A stretch of DNA of 30,140 nt from a virus. Its lineage: Duplodnaviria > Caudoviricetes. The stretch lies in the IMG/VR virus record IMGVR_UViG_3300025132_000193, positions 1 through 30,140 of that record, one strand, 5' to 3'. Both the position numbers and the translations under genes were made by a program. The notes under the pieces were generated by a model. The model saw only the letters and a list, made by a program, of their open reading frames with translations, was not told where the DNA came from and ran no database searches. Positions 20,501 through 25,799 of this stretch are shown in pieces (within the stretch, counting starts at the first letter, position 1; each line of letters begins with the position of its first letter).

Positions 20501-22223
20501 GGGCGTATAAGAATCCTGCACCACCAATTGCGATAAGTTCTTTTTTACTCACAGGCATACCATTGTCTACAACAGTAGCAACAGAAGATGAATTTTCAAT
20601 ACGAGAGATTGGTGCTTCAAGCGTTTCACTGTAAAAATCCACCAGTGAGTTCATTGTAAACATCTCATCTAAATTACGAGTGTTTGAATCATAGGCCATT
20701 TGCACTATATCAGCGGAACCATCTGCTTGTTGGTCAACCGTGAGTTCAGTAGGTTTAGGGTATCGACGCATATACTCATGCCCTACGATGTGAGAGAATG
20801 TGTGTCTACCACTGTGACCGACTTGGAAGAGAGTGTCAAGTGTGGTTGGCCATGTAACAGCAAATGGGTTGGTTGATGTATCTGTAGCCATTTGTGAAGA
20901 ATAAACCAAGCCGTGGTTTTGGTATGCGCTTTCATCAAGCACCATTTGACCTGTCTTATCAAAAATTTGTGTGCCGTAATGTGGCGGTTGGTATGGTTTA
21001 CCAGTCCCGTTGTCAATCAATGAATCAGCCCCAATAACGACGAAGTAGTTGTCAATGTTGGCTGTACGAGAGTGAAGAGCACCACGGAGGCCATTCGTTC
21101 CGTTAATGAAGTCAATGTGTATGCTGTTGAAAGTGACAACACCAGTGCTCCCATTGATGCTTTCAAGTCGCACCCGTTCGGGTGGGGATTGGTTGGGCTT
21201 CTGTGTATTACGATTAATCGCACCGGGGTTAATGAGAAGGTTGTATGGGGTGTGTGGAACAGCAATCGTCGCCGCAGTACCACTGTTTGTGTAGTAATCC
21301 ACCACCTTGTAATTACCCATACTATACGGTGTGGTTGTGAAATCCACAGTTGGAGAAGAAGCATCGTAGGCTTTACCTGTTAATCGTGCGATGAGTGTTT
21401 GAGCATCAGTCGCCGTCATTGTAAGCGTTGTAGTATCCGCAGTAAACGCTGAAAACTCATATGTGCCATCAATCACATCTATTGGTTCTTCAAATCGGAA
21501 AAGCGCAGAAGTAGTGTTTCCTTTCACAGCCATCGACGGTTGAATCATATTTTCATCAAATTCATTTGAGAAGTGTATGGCTTCAATAGCACCCCGGAAC
21601 TCACCACCCTTACCACCAAGATACACATGTTCTGTTGAGCGTGCAAGTCGAGTTTCTTTGGGTATATCTTGTTGCGCTACAATTTCTCCGTTGATGGCAA
21701 GGAACACCCTGTTTTTGGTGATACCCGCAACAATATGATACAGCGGTCGGCTATTGAAATTCAAATTCGTAACATCATTGTAGTTTGATGTATCATACCT
21801 GTTGTATGAGTCGTGCATACCACCGTGAGTTTGTTGAGGATAAACAATCCCATCCCATCGTGTAGATGCATCATTCGCCGTTGCCAATTTAAAATACGAC
21901 GGACCTTGTAAAGATTCAACATGTACGCTAAATTCAGCAGGTCCGGGACTATCAATTGTTCCCATGGTCAATGTAAATTGCCCTTCACGATGTGCTACTA
22001 CGCCACCACAATCGGGAACAACCCACGCTTCGATTACAAAGTCAGTAATCGTTTTACCGTTAATTGAAACAATTTCACCGCTACCCTGTAGTGTCTTTGT
22101 CATAACTTTGTTTCCACTACCATCTTCAACACCAGTACCAGTGAATTGCCCTTGCGGGATAATTACAGAATCGCTCACACCATCGAAGAAGAAAGCGTGA
22201 CTACTACGACCAATTGCAACCAT
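5499..22223 (-). CDS. Giant virion tail/baseplate protein (5574 aa) with an N-terminal LamG/concanavalin-A-like domain
   Basis: Uninterrupted 16.7-kb ORF with a GAGGTGA RBS. The N-terminus (FFFDGVSDSVIIP..DFVIEAWV..YHIVA..LAINGEIV..LGG..FRGAIEAIHFSN..LFRFEE) has the LamG-like signature. The protein is Gly/Thr/Ser/Asp-rich and lies between the Dit-like and hub genes. Confidence 0.85.
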   Translation of the reverse strand: MVAIGRSSHAFFFDGVSDSVIIPQGQFTGTGVEDGSGNKVMTKTLQGSGEIVSINGKTITDFVIEAWVVPDCGGVVAHREGQFTLTMGTIDSPGPAEFSVHVESLQGPSYFKLATANDASTRWDGIVYPQQTHGGMHDSYNRYDTSNYNDVTNLNFNSRPLYHIVAGITKNRVFLAINGEIVAQQDIPKETRLARSTEHVYLGGKGGEFRGAIEAIHFSNEFDENMIQPSMAVKGNTTSALFRFEEPIDVIDGTYEFSAFTADTTTLTMTATDAQTLIARLTGKAYDASSPTVDFTTTPYSMGNYKVVDYYTNSGTAATIAVPHTPYNLLINPGAINRNTQKPNQSPPERVRLESINGSTGVVTFNSIHIDFINGTNGLRGALHSRTANIDNYFVVIGADSLIDNGTGKPYQPPHYGTQIFDKTGQMVLDESAYQNHGLVYSSQMATDTSTNPFAVTWPTTLDTLFQVGHSGRHTFSHIVGHEYMRRYPKPTELTVDQQADGSADIVQMAYDSNTRNLDEMFTMNSLVDFYSETLEAPISRIENSSSVATVVDNGMPVSKKELIAIGGAGFLYAPFMLKGPVPAINDVDENNRLFHLTPETESRVALLHVPALRTSHNLAPYVEVHYNAIDLTGASMGQTEPMLMVTKTVPAGSFDLGSGTRVLDVIKSDLANTTLYSAGGVIHLSNAVSGYGSLMQESHTLIGDNAGGHDSDTELDYSRTPALYTPVNDVNAEPASPPTAVKRSHNTGTHESVYHRLAIEAMTSNTQDTLLSVGAGKKVLQPTTNKSGTGVFDIGPTTQSSRVFELFNIIDNVIVTDEAGILAKIIVQPSVKSRVNQLSMIRTLGSFENPNIASIMFLMSRCRIRGVSKQESPESNMSTVVVTATGIAESFVNENVSVVGSGSPDSHVVKEIEPNAPVVTVTLGGPGQGGINTKPTFDPSPLMRLPGSTRRNCAVQATVAHSVGNNGTLSVRPLNNESPDTKSWGTICFPKVGRIYLDDGASAAYTSKTGAGFFFVGTDAVANRTYLDAAGTAYSSFHEWANATGLYTQGSLGTHTTSVYVYNDGDFDNDSLAQDGSTVNDRLFQSLDTVTHDYQLGSQFASTRSMVEIPVFPQQFFDHTEAGVFPGPDNSMKLHIDATYTAHTWNASPVGRRADDIGVSDKSANSAYSYSINNKKHVESATILQIVQSTDYADVYVSHPKMFPASTSVDEIGNLQGIQRLRRVFLSNGEWGVYNNDAPTDGYLRIPKTGTGGYHDGHSETFFQNAIVGTKIYTAAGFRNETLVPVASDVELPSSDIEGRSPYYYDMANVKTQGGNLDYGLRQYVSAVEFKAGPLANPHAPRTVTKRPISKILQVQEISGTASTGYVLNLGLEDTSLFPDVPFTRSSTGIIDPSLGDLMFVGEIMLTTPIEVLYFGKYDANGGLNSIQVLTRPNLSFTLSDLVDVDFRLKKAGRMLDAIDNPTDMTGNERKMNTFYPTTSAEQWKFTNGGTVAADSTTVLDITLTSSSNRFAHANTIGVNIRKGDKLFKQTGSAPLDILYVGTVSAVQSDLITGTNTKITLTANNIVAISNNDKVRIGVGTVIEEDYDAILNRSWLYPYAQGGLRNGDTVWMNMTLNNPHAIEGLFAKSRGVFNDAAVWRGFNGGQGVLANRPRDSIPLENFLIGNSCLETAQNFAQHVNKTVEMNYEAMGLDATQAPTVAYIDPYLSTDGNARVLLFDVGHDREFIAFHDLHMQVQSSAATPGVGFGRDIAYEGGTLKLDKHLVSINGGAPHYFTTQLDVANGFPSENKYLRSTQQSKFIESAYAHNVPNTGSQDLLGNTTSSHVKYTLEDPSVDLGHNPLLRGKGHGHFVHTGLYHEGTSNTHTVGDSSLPRVQPAVASIYYANEAHKLIRKEKDGNALLSKLKLHRAAQNPATHSLKDASTLFDTPDGTRVISAFLSLKGKRNTTLDLGSHEETRLQHLKHWTEMDFVRRMSLDLGEVGVKEGVTDIEAAAKEVVRLVNQGGAPNGRTHARRPSGQYPGESERLDLTRIGVRQDIADPNKDPTSAHINADFSATGSTYDPAPFWYGDIAFDSHDRGSHMGYVRAHLGRVVEDINGNEGYSIIIHSTIPGASGRNFCVWLDNSKGQSAYQPQFLIGHGGRFRNFWAQPDEMLGENMHPAPMPLNKDGRPFAPVTTLREFVSQEEPDEAFTSNHDITVRLNEVSNPKGRNISAHLGGISHNSINDESFETQSPSTALVKGLRVGKKAVGRINFGGLVASGVPGFSPLAGKHGLGRKGDTQFDVLYNEGTSVGGASPTPINNYSGHVKTTDVIDDAVGDTPLYGFRFTDHRGQGYGVRFVYRKMNESFANDLTTIPSTIEDEICVYFNDGDVAKGGFTIGQHMLGFGDATGRLDVSTVTKNSWRGNQWRGVYAPSAGIDCDISWDASETTLTVQLGAPFDSGAELGDHPDILGYLGFPRQNGVIQITDPFTNTSDVGSVGNVISYESRTQLDSTGTHIFYGVRGSQFTASHSLATLGATSLTDTAVSMFNASTDRIIKALISPRINWTTLVTDELLAAVTTEAINLVNPNIDDGVSFDCRHMYAADGRTFGEWGVTADAIKIRAHNPQRGARPLSTMFEASLHHDLGIEAPHLEFGEYRKVDATFGVTINDKTELYPVSDADIEDNHRKADCGYIPRTVLQIRTKARGYHANTPTPILVDSYNDPVPTNSWANNLKGLNYTSKMGDHILPAIDNAMVVYDSHHHSTGTSTFTLKPNELVTHMLVPAGEESATFDSKIKLVSFGDLKVLWHGSKQFGITTSEQGSNTTTKLIVKDVDANDEFLAEFGGGSVNQDGLLMLHADKTFSGYRLYGSVESEPITYFKGGRDSNDHSVPLYFGGGFSGVVLDVNDGSQNDYSSFYTHPYSTGPTGTAGIQNANEISTAYALMDCNALLAFFPGTPYLNQHRGSINPPAYNQNNILSPDIDAGTLPNLASGQPSHVTARYTNGIVRQRPVPLVIRMPHQTARYVDHKTNTDYFTSYLVYGPGQAFPFYETATGTLGDVEPHPGYVVTTGNAWSKVPVNKNLPNEITNNDGDYGPPDANYQSRRQRFHWNTTLNWSPPQGIPNIGAGTSTGYGIHQRPEHGYHYGEHFINPIAGKVVANNDADYRKAHPYQHCAIGYYGIAMSADMTFHMDGGYHPGGSWMDNQLSFNPPMQSGDYKVVKLNNVMQPTAFRVSGPLAKIVLDGALNEESTNFNREIIAIDATRCQNGEELATIIGQAINENPGKGALKAMGGTFMPSMGNAMRQDRYGWVELNYTTYTNDTASSSKSFIEATMTGGTQDLLEQLPACGWIRTDAGGRPVHGSGDCPAFAPYHSREVYDNSGTWTVRFWLAPNRITGLAQFEDMTTWHNKSESATITVPAFSSPAPTKLYIWSKSGVNYFNNYNDATRNHMTRVHFSGVVDAIDRTRPTGAVGWAGERYSYLNSLRVGTEGYGAGLGAWHPMLGFSPYGPASSVMSTFGHLPHFTPMQNSPEASGVLNNRANSDSILTTPYSWNYTTTAAAAYTDAEDSTHFANPLHIADADTVPKTLHHQQGVFARGFLVVSYEGEMALVAKRDRDGITATGDWLAVVSKTGASVAASTAITFAGTTQWDERMHGVDRFVAPAHGGPNIEALVTDTTKPTDDIPSSAFTFNGPIGSDVELNNAEPCLAMTGDLFFDLDKSPGSFFLESTTDIERNIINDKKTSTSAELDRYGDDANYWLGDTNAFKMNQRSPAKNFTVEHIVWKRMDGGNLSLPAVNARGLGAVPFITRVTGGTGHTTGEKLYGINRFSFETTNSAMFPIIQAQELSHPQLAASHPDELRNVLSIPNEELQFEEMQVEDDTGQVHVIEGGSPFGTVIRTFNTVSDRSAEGLAPAIAGSGIEPNMKVRLPHPDSIPGNLIIRSGFDRLQAYQNETMGTGGMTRPLSKDSLKHLFTDETKGPRLGGTFGDHNWEHISQSQFPDPTHSGWENATGHAPLETSYELHDRTLFFHVTKNGNTHSHRHPTYYTHSDGVTNNELTGVSYSGTTLTVNTAPNATLYNESIRDGRKFLRLYNPTTDKGGVASFTGIAGSTFTGCVGDTDFAELIAGDITALKVVPSYYIPAGSTRFFASRRLRDHAEVSGNSPDMAHTLYKDNHTLNALLAHAMYEVPKMSPLALPRMGHHFVTPTMAVLPGHFAHPAYQGLYNKHQAIRSATVKHHERLLMEEQDMDDLMSDISSTLTDNLYGYDTQHTFGSLTATPSGPSDIHGGAFTLMFESKIRSDGYGVLASEGQAGVVNAAGGHTIVLEAAGTYTLREHFPDPSEVGAYQIVIQPNVFKSQLIGFHENTGADELTGQQVALVVGLREPDSATGGVGLVLAEATSADVRGCEVFINELIIDHDPDHGSQFTNIPPLMLYNPLGVQATESPAFVKRSLPYHPQMFVKSSPGMTTNIPWWSIVHKDGPDHVDATGFRHLNHHRLDNYYEFIRASAGSIACQITLAGYPSIHPDIYHEVLENISLNPVCTVTVNPASSATTITVDDARGFPQKPYYGNKLEYIDANGVRRTHTYTERSGYDSTNMNKPKQFTVVANADFTDNIEVGTKLRLTRAYDFRPAGAIFTDSLSSMVTRILPQMLQGSRDTNSLHMADAFLCLWHPNLGRPHTFYSDSSRTWLNPLLDRAVAQKPLNSMPEHFETVHYHDATYYASMGPFAFHRKTPSPPFDVIAHATVGTDVAATVTAVDPVAKTITTTRRTASLLGYNISVNGITFNVTGDNIFSGVLNVSQDIVNPIAIGSTIKSSGTGGMDTAQQLDTVHAVGVRSFAPQGGQWDSGDASTKAMLNHFWPCGSRGGPLVSRLDGYGYVSAAWDYPREYTFDGPVWTDADDDGSYVVTNGITKTSYDGISNPTRTRPFGYRIGLRQPYNKPQWSLYGMRAFREQAVLGGTTVTDISSGYPHGPLVQGETETWTYAGGSGLTNGTYPNTQIGIMERQTNFSGMLGVDKPEFQVRYSDGMRVARPFGCPVRTLRNKETVLRDWWGDINPKNIAKIDEAVGYYLVDWWGNTRGEEVRRHPVRGFGIRPAWDAADVYEYDRTNDATPYQRLFNGGKPVVNMKGLVVAGSSGNLTGSPYSTIPRFGGRKNDVNTNNANELVDVYFPTNAHRVGDDGHGRGLRYPTAFNEDVLTALDEPYHATGVVLSHHTSEPNMNDGFIRARNDVLQPDEVPRGISARLNIAEDGLLKPEAVVSDRVETVSGDSPHKDAVSRSSPRIGLDTENIEGVDDNLIAINTEAHSLHTDRGVGQRVVLQGGMQAGSQTIGHYDLTGINFAGQPQGGAMRLSHTSNFSPLGGTYVAESRNFVKPINDKDWGGITGSNKTSNPYETSTFDASSQQTNLTDKSVTYMMRPIRLLDKQHIEMFRPNNNLHSSSPQFGSNYFSATGGGKYGMYIYEILNGRAASGNYIRATNPDSNPPYAPLYVMDISSNDATPVSKGPKIIGTSASGFDSTKLDNEVTRVVMSENTLQHYRADAPRRRTHKDGETKEERMDYSVQPRFSQSLHPKGHKGDVNYNSTDHTGDGA

Positions 22224-22227
22224 ATAT

Positions 22228-22234
22228 TCACCTC
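22228..22234 (-). promoter_or_regulatory. Ribosome-binding site GAGGTGA of the giant gene
   Basis: TTTTGAGGTGAATATATG; complementary to the 16S 3' end (UCACCUC). It overlaps the stop of the upstream gene. Confidence 0.75.
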
Positions 22235-23447
22235 AAAATATCCAGTCAATCGGTGCAAAGTTAATGGTAAACGAGTATATCGGTTCACCGCCAAGTTGTA
22301 CAAATGTGGCGTTGGCCACAGTGCCTTTAATTCCTGTGTAGTGTCTTTCACTTGAATCAAATTCTGTACCTGTTGCCAAAGCATTATCAACGGTTTTATG
22401 AGTTGTTTGTTTAAAACTACCAGTAGGCATGTAAAAAATAGATTCACGGTTATTTACATTTGAAGAAAAAGGGATTTGAATTGCAGTGATATAATCACCA
22501 TATTTGGTATCGTAATTCGCTTGATTGATGCCACCAGCGACACCAACTCCTGCACCTGCTACTAACAAACCTAATCCACCAGTTGCGATACCTGCACCAA
22601 TCGCACCACCAGCAACAGCCGCCGTCCCAACCATCGCTCCCATTCCGCCGTTATTGCTGTTGTTAAGCACTGCGAAAAGTTCAGCAACTTTGTCACCTGC
22701 ACTTTTGTTAGTGACTTGAGAACTATCTCTTCCGCCGGAAAATTGCACATGGTATGGTTTATTGTACGGTCCAGCGACAGTTTGTTGGAAACTCATTGTA
22801 CCGTTTCCACCTCCTTGTGCGTTGATATTTGTCAATTCAACCGCTACACCCGGCTCATCTGTTAAAGGTGATGCAATAATTGTAGCCGCTAAATCAGTCC
22901 CACCATAGGCATCAATCACCGTTTTCAAACTTGTTGCCACTTGAGCGGCTGTTCTTGGACTTGTACCATTGTGCACAGCAATGTACACTTTACCAGTGCT
23001 TGCAAAAGAGCCGACTTGTCCTTCAAATGATGAGTTTTGTTTTGCAAATAGTACCTCAAAGTATTGATTTATTTTTATCGAATGGGTTGCTGTGGTTGGG
23101 TCATTTAAAGTGACACCGCCCACTACTGAATAACTATTGCCTGTGAGATTAGCATCAGCCACAAAAGATGCAACATTTGTATCACTTGCATTACTTGTTC
23201 GTGAAAAATCAAGAATAGCCGAAGCGTCTTGTCCAATACTACTCATATTTAGAATGTCATCATCAGTCATAACCCCCTCAATAGTGATGAGGGATTTGGG
23301 TAGGTTGAGGTCAAAGGCAAAGCGATTACCACCTGCAAACGGCATAGCAAGAGGCGATACGCCCCTATCAACATTCATGGTGAGAGTGGTAGCCATGAGT
23401 TCGATGATACCACCATCATTGCGTACAAGGCGTATTGGTGTACCCAT
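22233..23447 (-). CDS. Distal-tail (Dit)-like protein with an inserted domain and a Gly/Ala hydrophobic segment (404 aa)
   Basis: Lies immediately after the tape measure (TGATG overlap). N-terminal FDLNLPKSLITIEGVMTDD and C-terminal GIKGTVANATF...YSFTINF resemble the two halves of a tube/Dit fold. The function is inferred mainly from position. Confidence 0.55.
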   Translation of the reverse strand: MGTPIRLVRNDGGIIELMATTLTMNVDRGVSPLAMPFAGGNRFAFDLNLPKSLITIEGVMTDDDILNMSSIGQDASAILDFSRTSNASDTNVASFVADANLTGNSYSVVGGVTLNDPTTATHSIKINQYFEVLFAKQNSSFEGQVGSFASTGKVYIAVHNGTSPRTAAQVATSLKTVIDAYGGTDLAATIIASPLTDEPGVAVELTNINAQGGGNGTMSFQQTVAGPYNKPYHVQFSGGRDSSQVTNKSAGDKVAELFAVLNNSNNGGMGAMVGTAAVAGGAIGAGIATGGLGLLVAGAGVGVAGGINQANYDTKYGDYITAIQIPFSSNVNNRESIFYMPTGSFKQTTHKTVDNALATGTEFDSSERHYTGIKGTVANATFVQLGGEPIYSFTINFAPIDWIF

Positions 23448-24697
23448 CAGTACCGCCCCCTCATGGTTGAGCCGCCGATGTTGCGAGCCATCTCTTGTTG
23501 AATCATATTACCAATCTCACGAGCCAGCGCACGCTTGTCAGTGCGGTCTGTGATGCCCGATGCGTTCACGGTGACATTGACTGTACCGCCGCCCATACCA
23601 GCACCACTTGGATTGTTGCGTTGAGTAAGAGGTACGACAGCCTCCGGCCCGTCCTCACCAATCATGGCGAGTGTGGGCTTATTGACAATACCACCCTTTG
23701 CAAGCGCAGGTATTTGTATGTCAGTAAGGTCAAGACCAAATGTGTACTCGGTACCAGTAATTGGATTACTGATTGTTTTTGTAAATGAAATGGCCGACAT
23801 AATAGAGTTGAAGGACTCAATAAGGAAGTTTAGAGGTGCTTTAAGTACATCACCAAGTGTCACACCAAGGTCAGTAAAGAAAGACAGGACACCTATACCC
23901 ACATCTGCAAAAGTACCAAGCGGGTCTGTCACTAAATTCTTAATGAAATCCCACGATTCACCAACAAGGTCAATGCCGAAGTCGATGAAATCTCCGATGG
24001 ATATGTCAAACACACCTTGGAATAAATCAGCGATGAATTTGAATGGTTGAGGGAACTCACCAATCATCAAATCAATGCGGTCACCAATACTGAAACCAGC
24101 AAACGCTCCGTCACCAGTCATAAAGTCGATAGTTGTGGTAAGCCAATCGGGAAGGTCGAATGCGAAATCAAGTCGCTCGGAGAGGGAGAAGCCCGCAAAC
24201 GCACCGTTGCCAAGAATGAAATCAACCGTAGTCAACAACCAATCGGGTAAAGCGAACTCAAAAATTTCACCCCAACTCGGCATTTCAAAGTCAAACAAAT
24301 CAACCCAGTATTGCTTGGTAAACACATCGGGTGCATCGGGTACTAAGTCCCATACAGCACCAGCCCATGCATTCACAATTTCACCTATACTCGTGAACAA
24401 TCCTGTCCAAAAGTCAATTGTAAAAATCGGTGGAGGGTTTGGTAGTAAATCAAAGAAGGTGCTGAAAATACCACCAACAAACTCCATAAGAGTAGTGAAA
24501 GCATTTGTGGCTGATGTTGTCACGCTATCCCAAGAAAGGTTGTCGATAAAATCTCTCATAGGTTGAATTAAGTTGGAGTTAAACCATTTCATTAAGTCTT
24601 TGAATGCGTTCATTGCCATTGTACCAGCGGCTTTGAAGCCGGGGCCAATCTGTGACACCATGCTCGACATGGAAGAAATCATTGAAATTAACGACAT
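23447..24697 (-). CDS. Tape measure protein (short, 416 aa)
   Basis: Phe/Trp-periodic amphipathic repeats and the C-terminal IPALAKGGIVNKPTLAMIGEDGPEAVVPL...VNVTVN motif typical of TMP C-termini. It follows the chaperone pair. Confidence 0.8.
   Translation of the reverse strand: MSLISMISSMSSMVSQIGPGFKAAGTMAMNAFKDLMKWFNSNLIQPMRDFIDNLSWDSVTTSATNAFTTLMEFVGGIFSTFFDLLPNPPPIFTIDFWTGLFTSIGEIVNAWAGAVWDLVPDAPDVFTKQYWVDLFDFEMPSWGEIFEFALPDWLLTTVDFILGNGAFAGFSLSERLDFAFDLPDWLTTTIDFMTGDGAFAGFSIGDRIDLMIGEFPQPFKFIADLFQGVFDISIGDFIDFGIDLVGESWDFIKNLVTDPLGTFADVGIGVLSFFTDLGVTLGDVLKAPLNFLIESFNSIMSAISFTKTISNPITGTEYTFGLDLTDIQIPALAKGGIVNKPTLAMIGEDGPEAVVPLTQRNNPSGAGMGGGTVNVTVNASGITDRTDKRALAREIGNMIQQEMARNIGGSTMRGRY
24063..24256 (-). 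repeat. Tandem 32-aa (96-nt) repeat in the tape measure
   Basis: LPDWLLTTVDFILGNGAFAGFSLSERLD and LPDWLTTTIDFMTGDGAFAGFSIGDRID; the 9-mer ccaatcggg recurs at 24143 and 24239. Confidence 0.85.
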
Positions 24698-24701
24698 TTT
24701 T

Positions 24702-24977
24702 TCACTCCCAATCTAAAAACGAATAATCCAGTCCGACTACTTCTCTATCTCCACTCTTCGCCTGTTGTTTCTTACGCTCAATTTCCTTATTATTCTCTTC
24801 GGTTGATGCCATCGCCCATACGAGGGATTGTTTGAACAATTGAGGGGGCATAGAATACACTTCCAAGAGGGATATACTGAAATGTTTTGCGATGATATAA
24901 GCCCAAAGTTCTATTTGAGTTGCTATGTCTTCAACATTATCGTACTTGTCCTTCTTGAGAAATTTATCGACCCTCAT
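24702..24977 (-). CDS. Tail assembly chaperone, downstream (lambda gpT-like) part, 91 aa
   Basis: Lies between chaperone 1 and the TMP. YIIAKHFSISLLEVYSMP matches the helical pattern of gpT-like segments. It is in the -1 frame relative to the upstream gene. Confidence 0.6.
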   Translation of the reverse strand: MRVDKFLKKDKYDNVEDIATQIELWAYIIAKHFSISLLEVYSMPPQLFKQSLVWAMASTEENNKEIERKKQQAKSGDREVVGLDYSFLDWE

Positions 24978-25339
24978 TCGGTCGGCTTCATAAACCCCCC
25001 TTGCAAAGCCTCCGCCAACTCTTGTGGTTGTGGTAGCACTTTACAGACCTGTTCTCCAACATGGCCTTTAAGGGAAAGTAATTCATCGGTGTTTAATTGT
25101 GGATTTGTTTTGGTAATCCAATTGGAGAAGGCAAACTTCCAATATCCTGCTAAGTCGAGTGTCACATCACCCTTTTCAACACGGAGCATGTGTTGTGCCG
25201 CCGCTTGAATGTCAAGGAAAGATATGTCACGAACCCATACTTCAATCGCTTGTGATTCATCAATGGGAATCACATGCTTCGTAGTATCATCATTCTTCAA
25301 TAACAGGCTCTTGTTCGTCACTATCGTTTGTTTGTTCAT
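24974..25339 (-). CDS. Tail assembly chaperone (lambda gpG-like), 121 aa
   Basis: Position downstream of the tube and upstream of the TMP; GGAGAGG RBS; IEVWVRDISFLD..AA pattern. A G6 run lies close to its 3' end. Confidence 0.65.
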   Translation of the reverse strand: MNKQTIVTNKSLLLKNDDTTKHVIPIDESQAIEVWVRDISFLDIQAAAQHMLRVEKGDVTLDLAGYWKFAFSNWITKTNPQLNTDELLSLKGHVGEQVCKVLPQPQELAEALQGGFMKPTE

Positions 25340-25790
25340 TTATTTCCTCTCCAATGGATGCGGCTACCTCTTCGGTAGGGGCTTCCGAGTCACCTTCAAG
25401 GGCCGTTTCTACAACGGGGCTTTCGGGTTCCTCTTCGGGAATGATACCCTCATCATTTTGCTTCAATCGCAAAACAATTTGGGCCTTTGTACCGTACACT
25501 GGTAGCCCACGCTCTTTGCAAAGCGCACGCAGTTCAGCAACAGTTAGTGAATCGTATTGTGTTAGGTCTTCAACGAATGGATTAATTGGCTCTTCGTTCA
25601 ACAGTGGAGCAGGAGTGTCTTCAACAACCTCTTCAACAGGTGTGAGAAGAGTTTGAACATGGGCATGAACAGCATGGTTGTCCATAAGGGTAATCATATC
25701 TTCTGTAAATTCAATACCGTTTGCTTGACAGACCCATCGAGCATATCCAAGTGTTCCAAGACGGCGGTATTGTTGAAGTGAAGTATTCAT
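25290..25790 (-). CDS. SAP-motif (helix-extended-helix DNA-binding) protein with acidic tails, 166 aa
   Basis: YDSLTVAELRALCKERGLPVYGTKAQIVLRL fits the SAP consensus (LxVxELKxxLxxRGLxxxGxKxxLIxRL). It is flanked by Glu-rich low-complexity segments. Confidence 0.8.
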   Translation of the reverse strand: MNTSLQQYRRLGTLGYARWVCQANGIEFTEDMITLMDNHAVHAHVQTLLTPVEEVVEDTPAPLLNEEPINPFVEDLTQYDSLTVAELRALCKERGLPVYGTKAQIVLRLKQNDEGIIPEEEPESPVVETALEGDSEAPTEEVAASIGEEINEQTNDSDEQEPVIEE

Positions 25791-25799
25791 TTTAATTCC

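Noticed and set aside
5499-22223. Intein or intron explaining the giant ORF's size
   Set aside because: I saw no convincing intein splice-junction pair or LAGLIDADG blocks, and the composition is uniformly structural-protein-like. An HMM search would be needed to exclude this fully.
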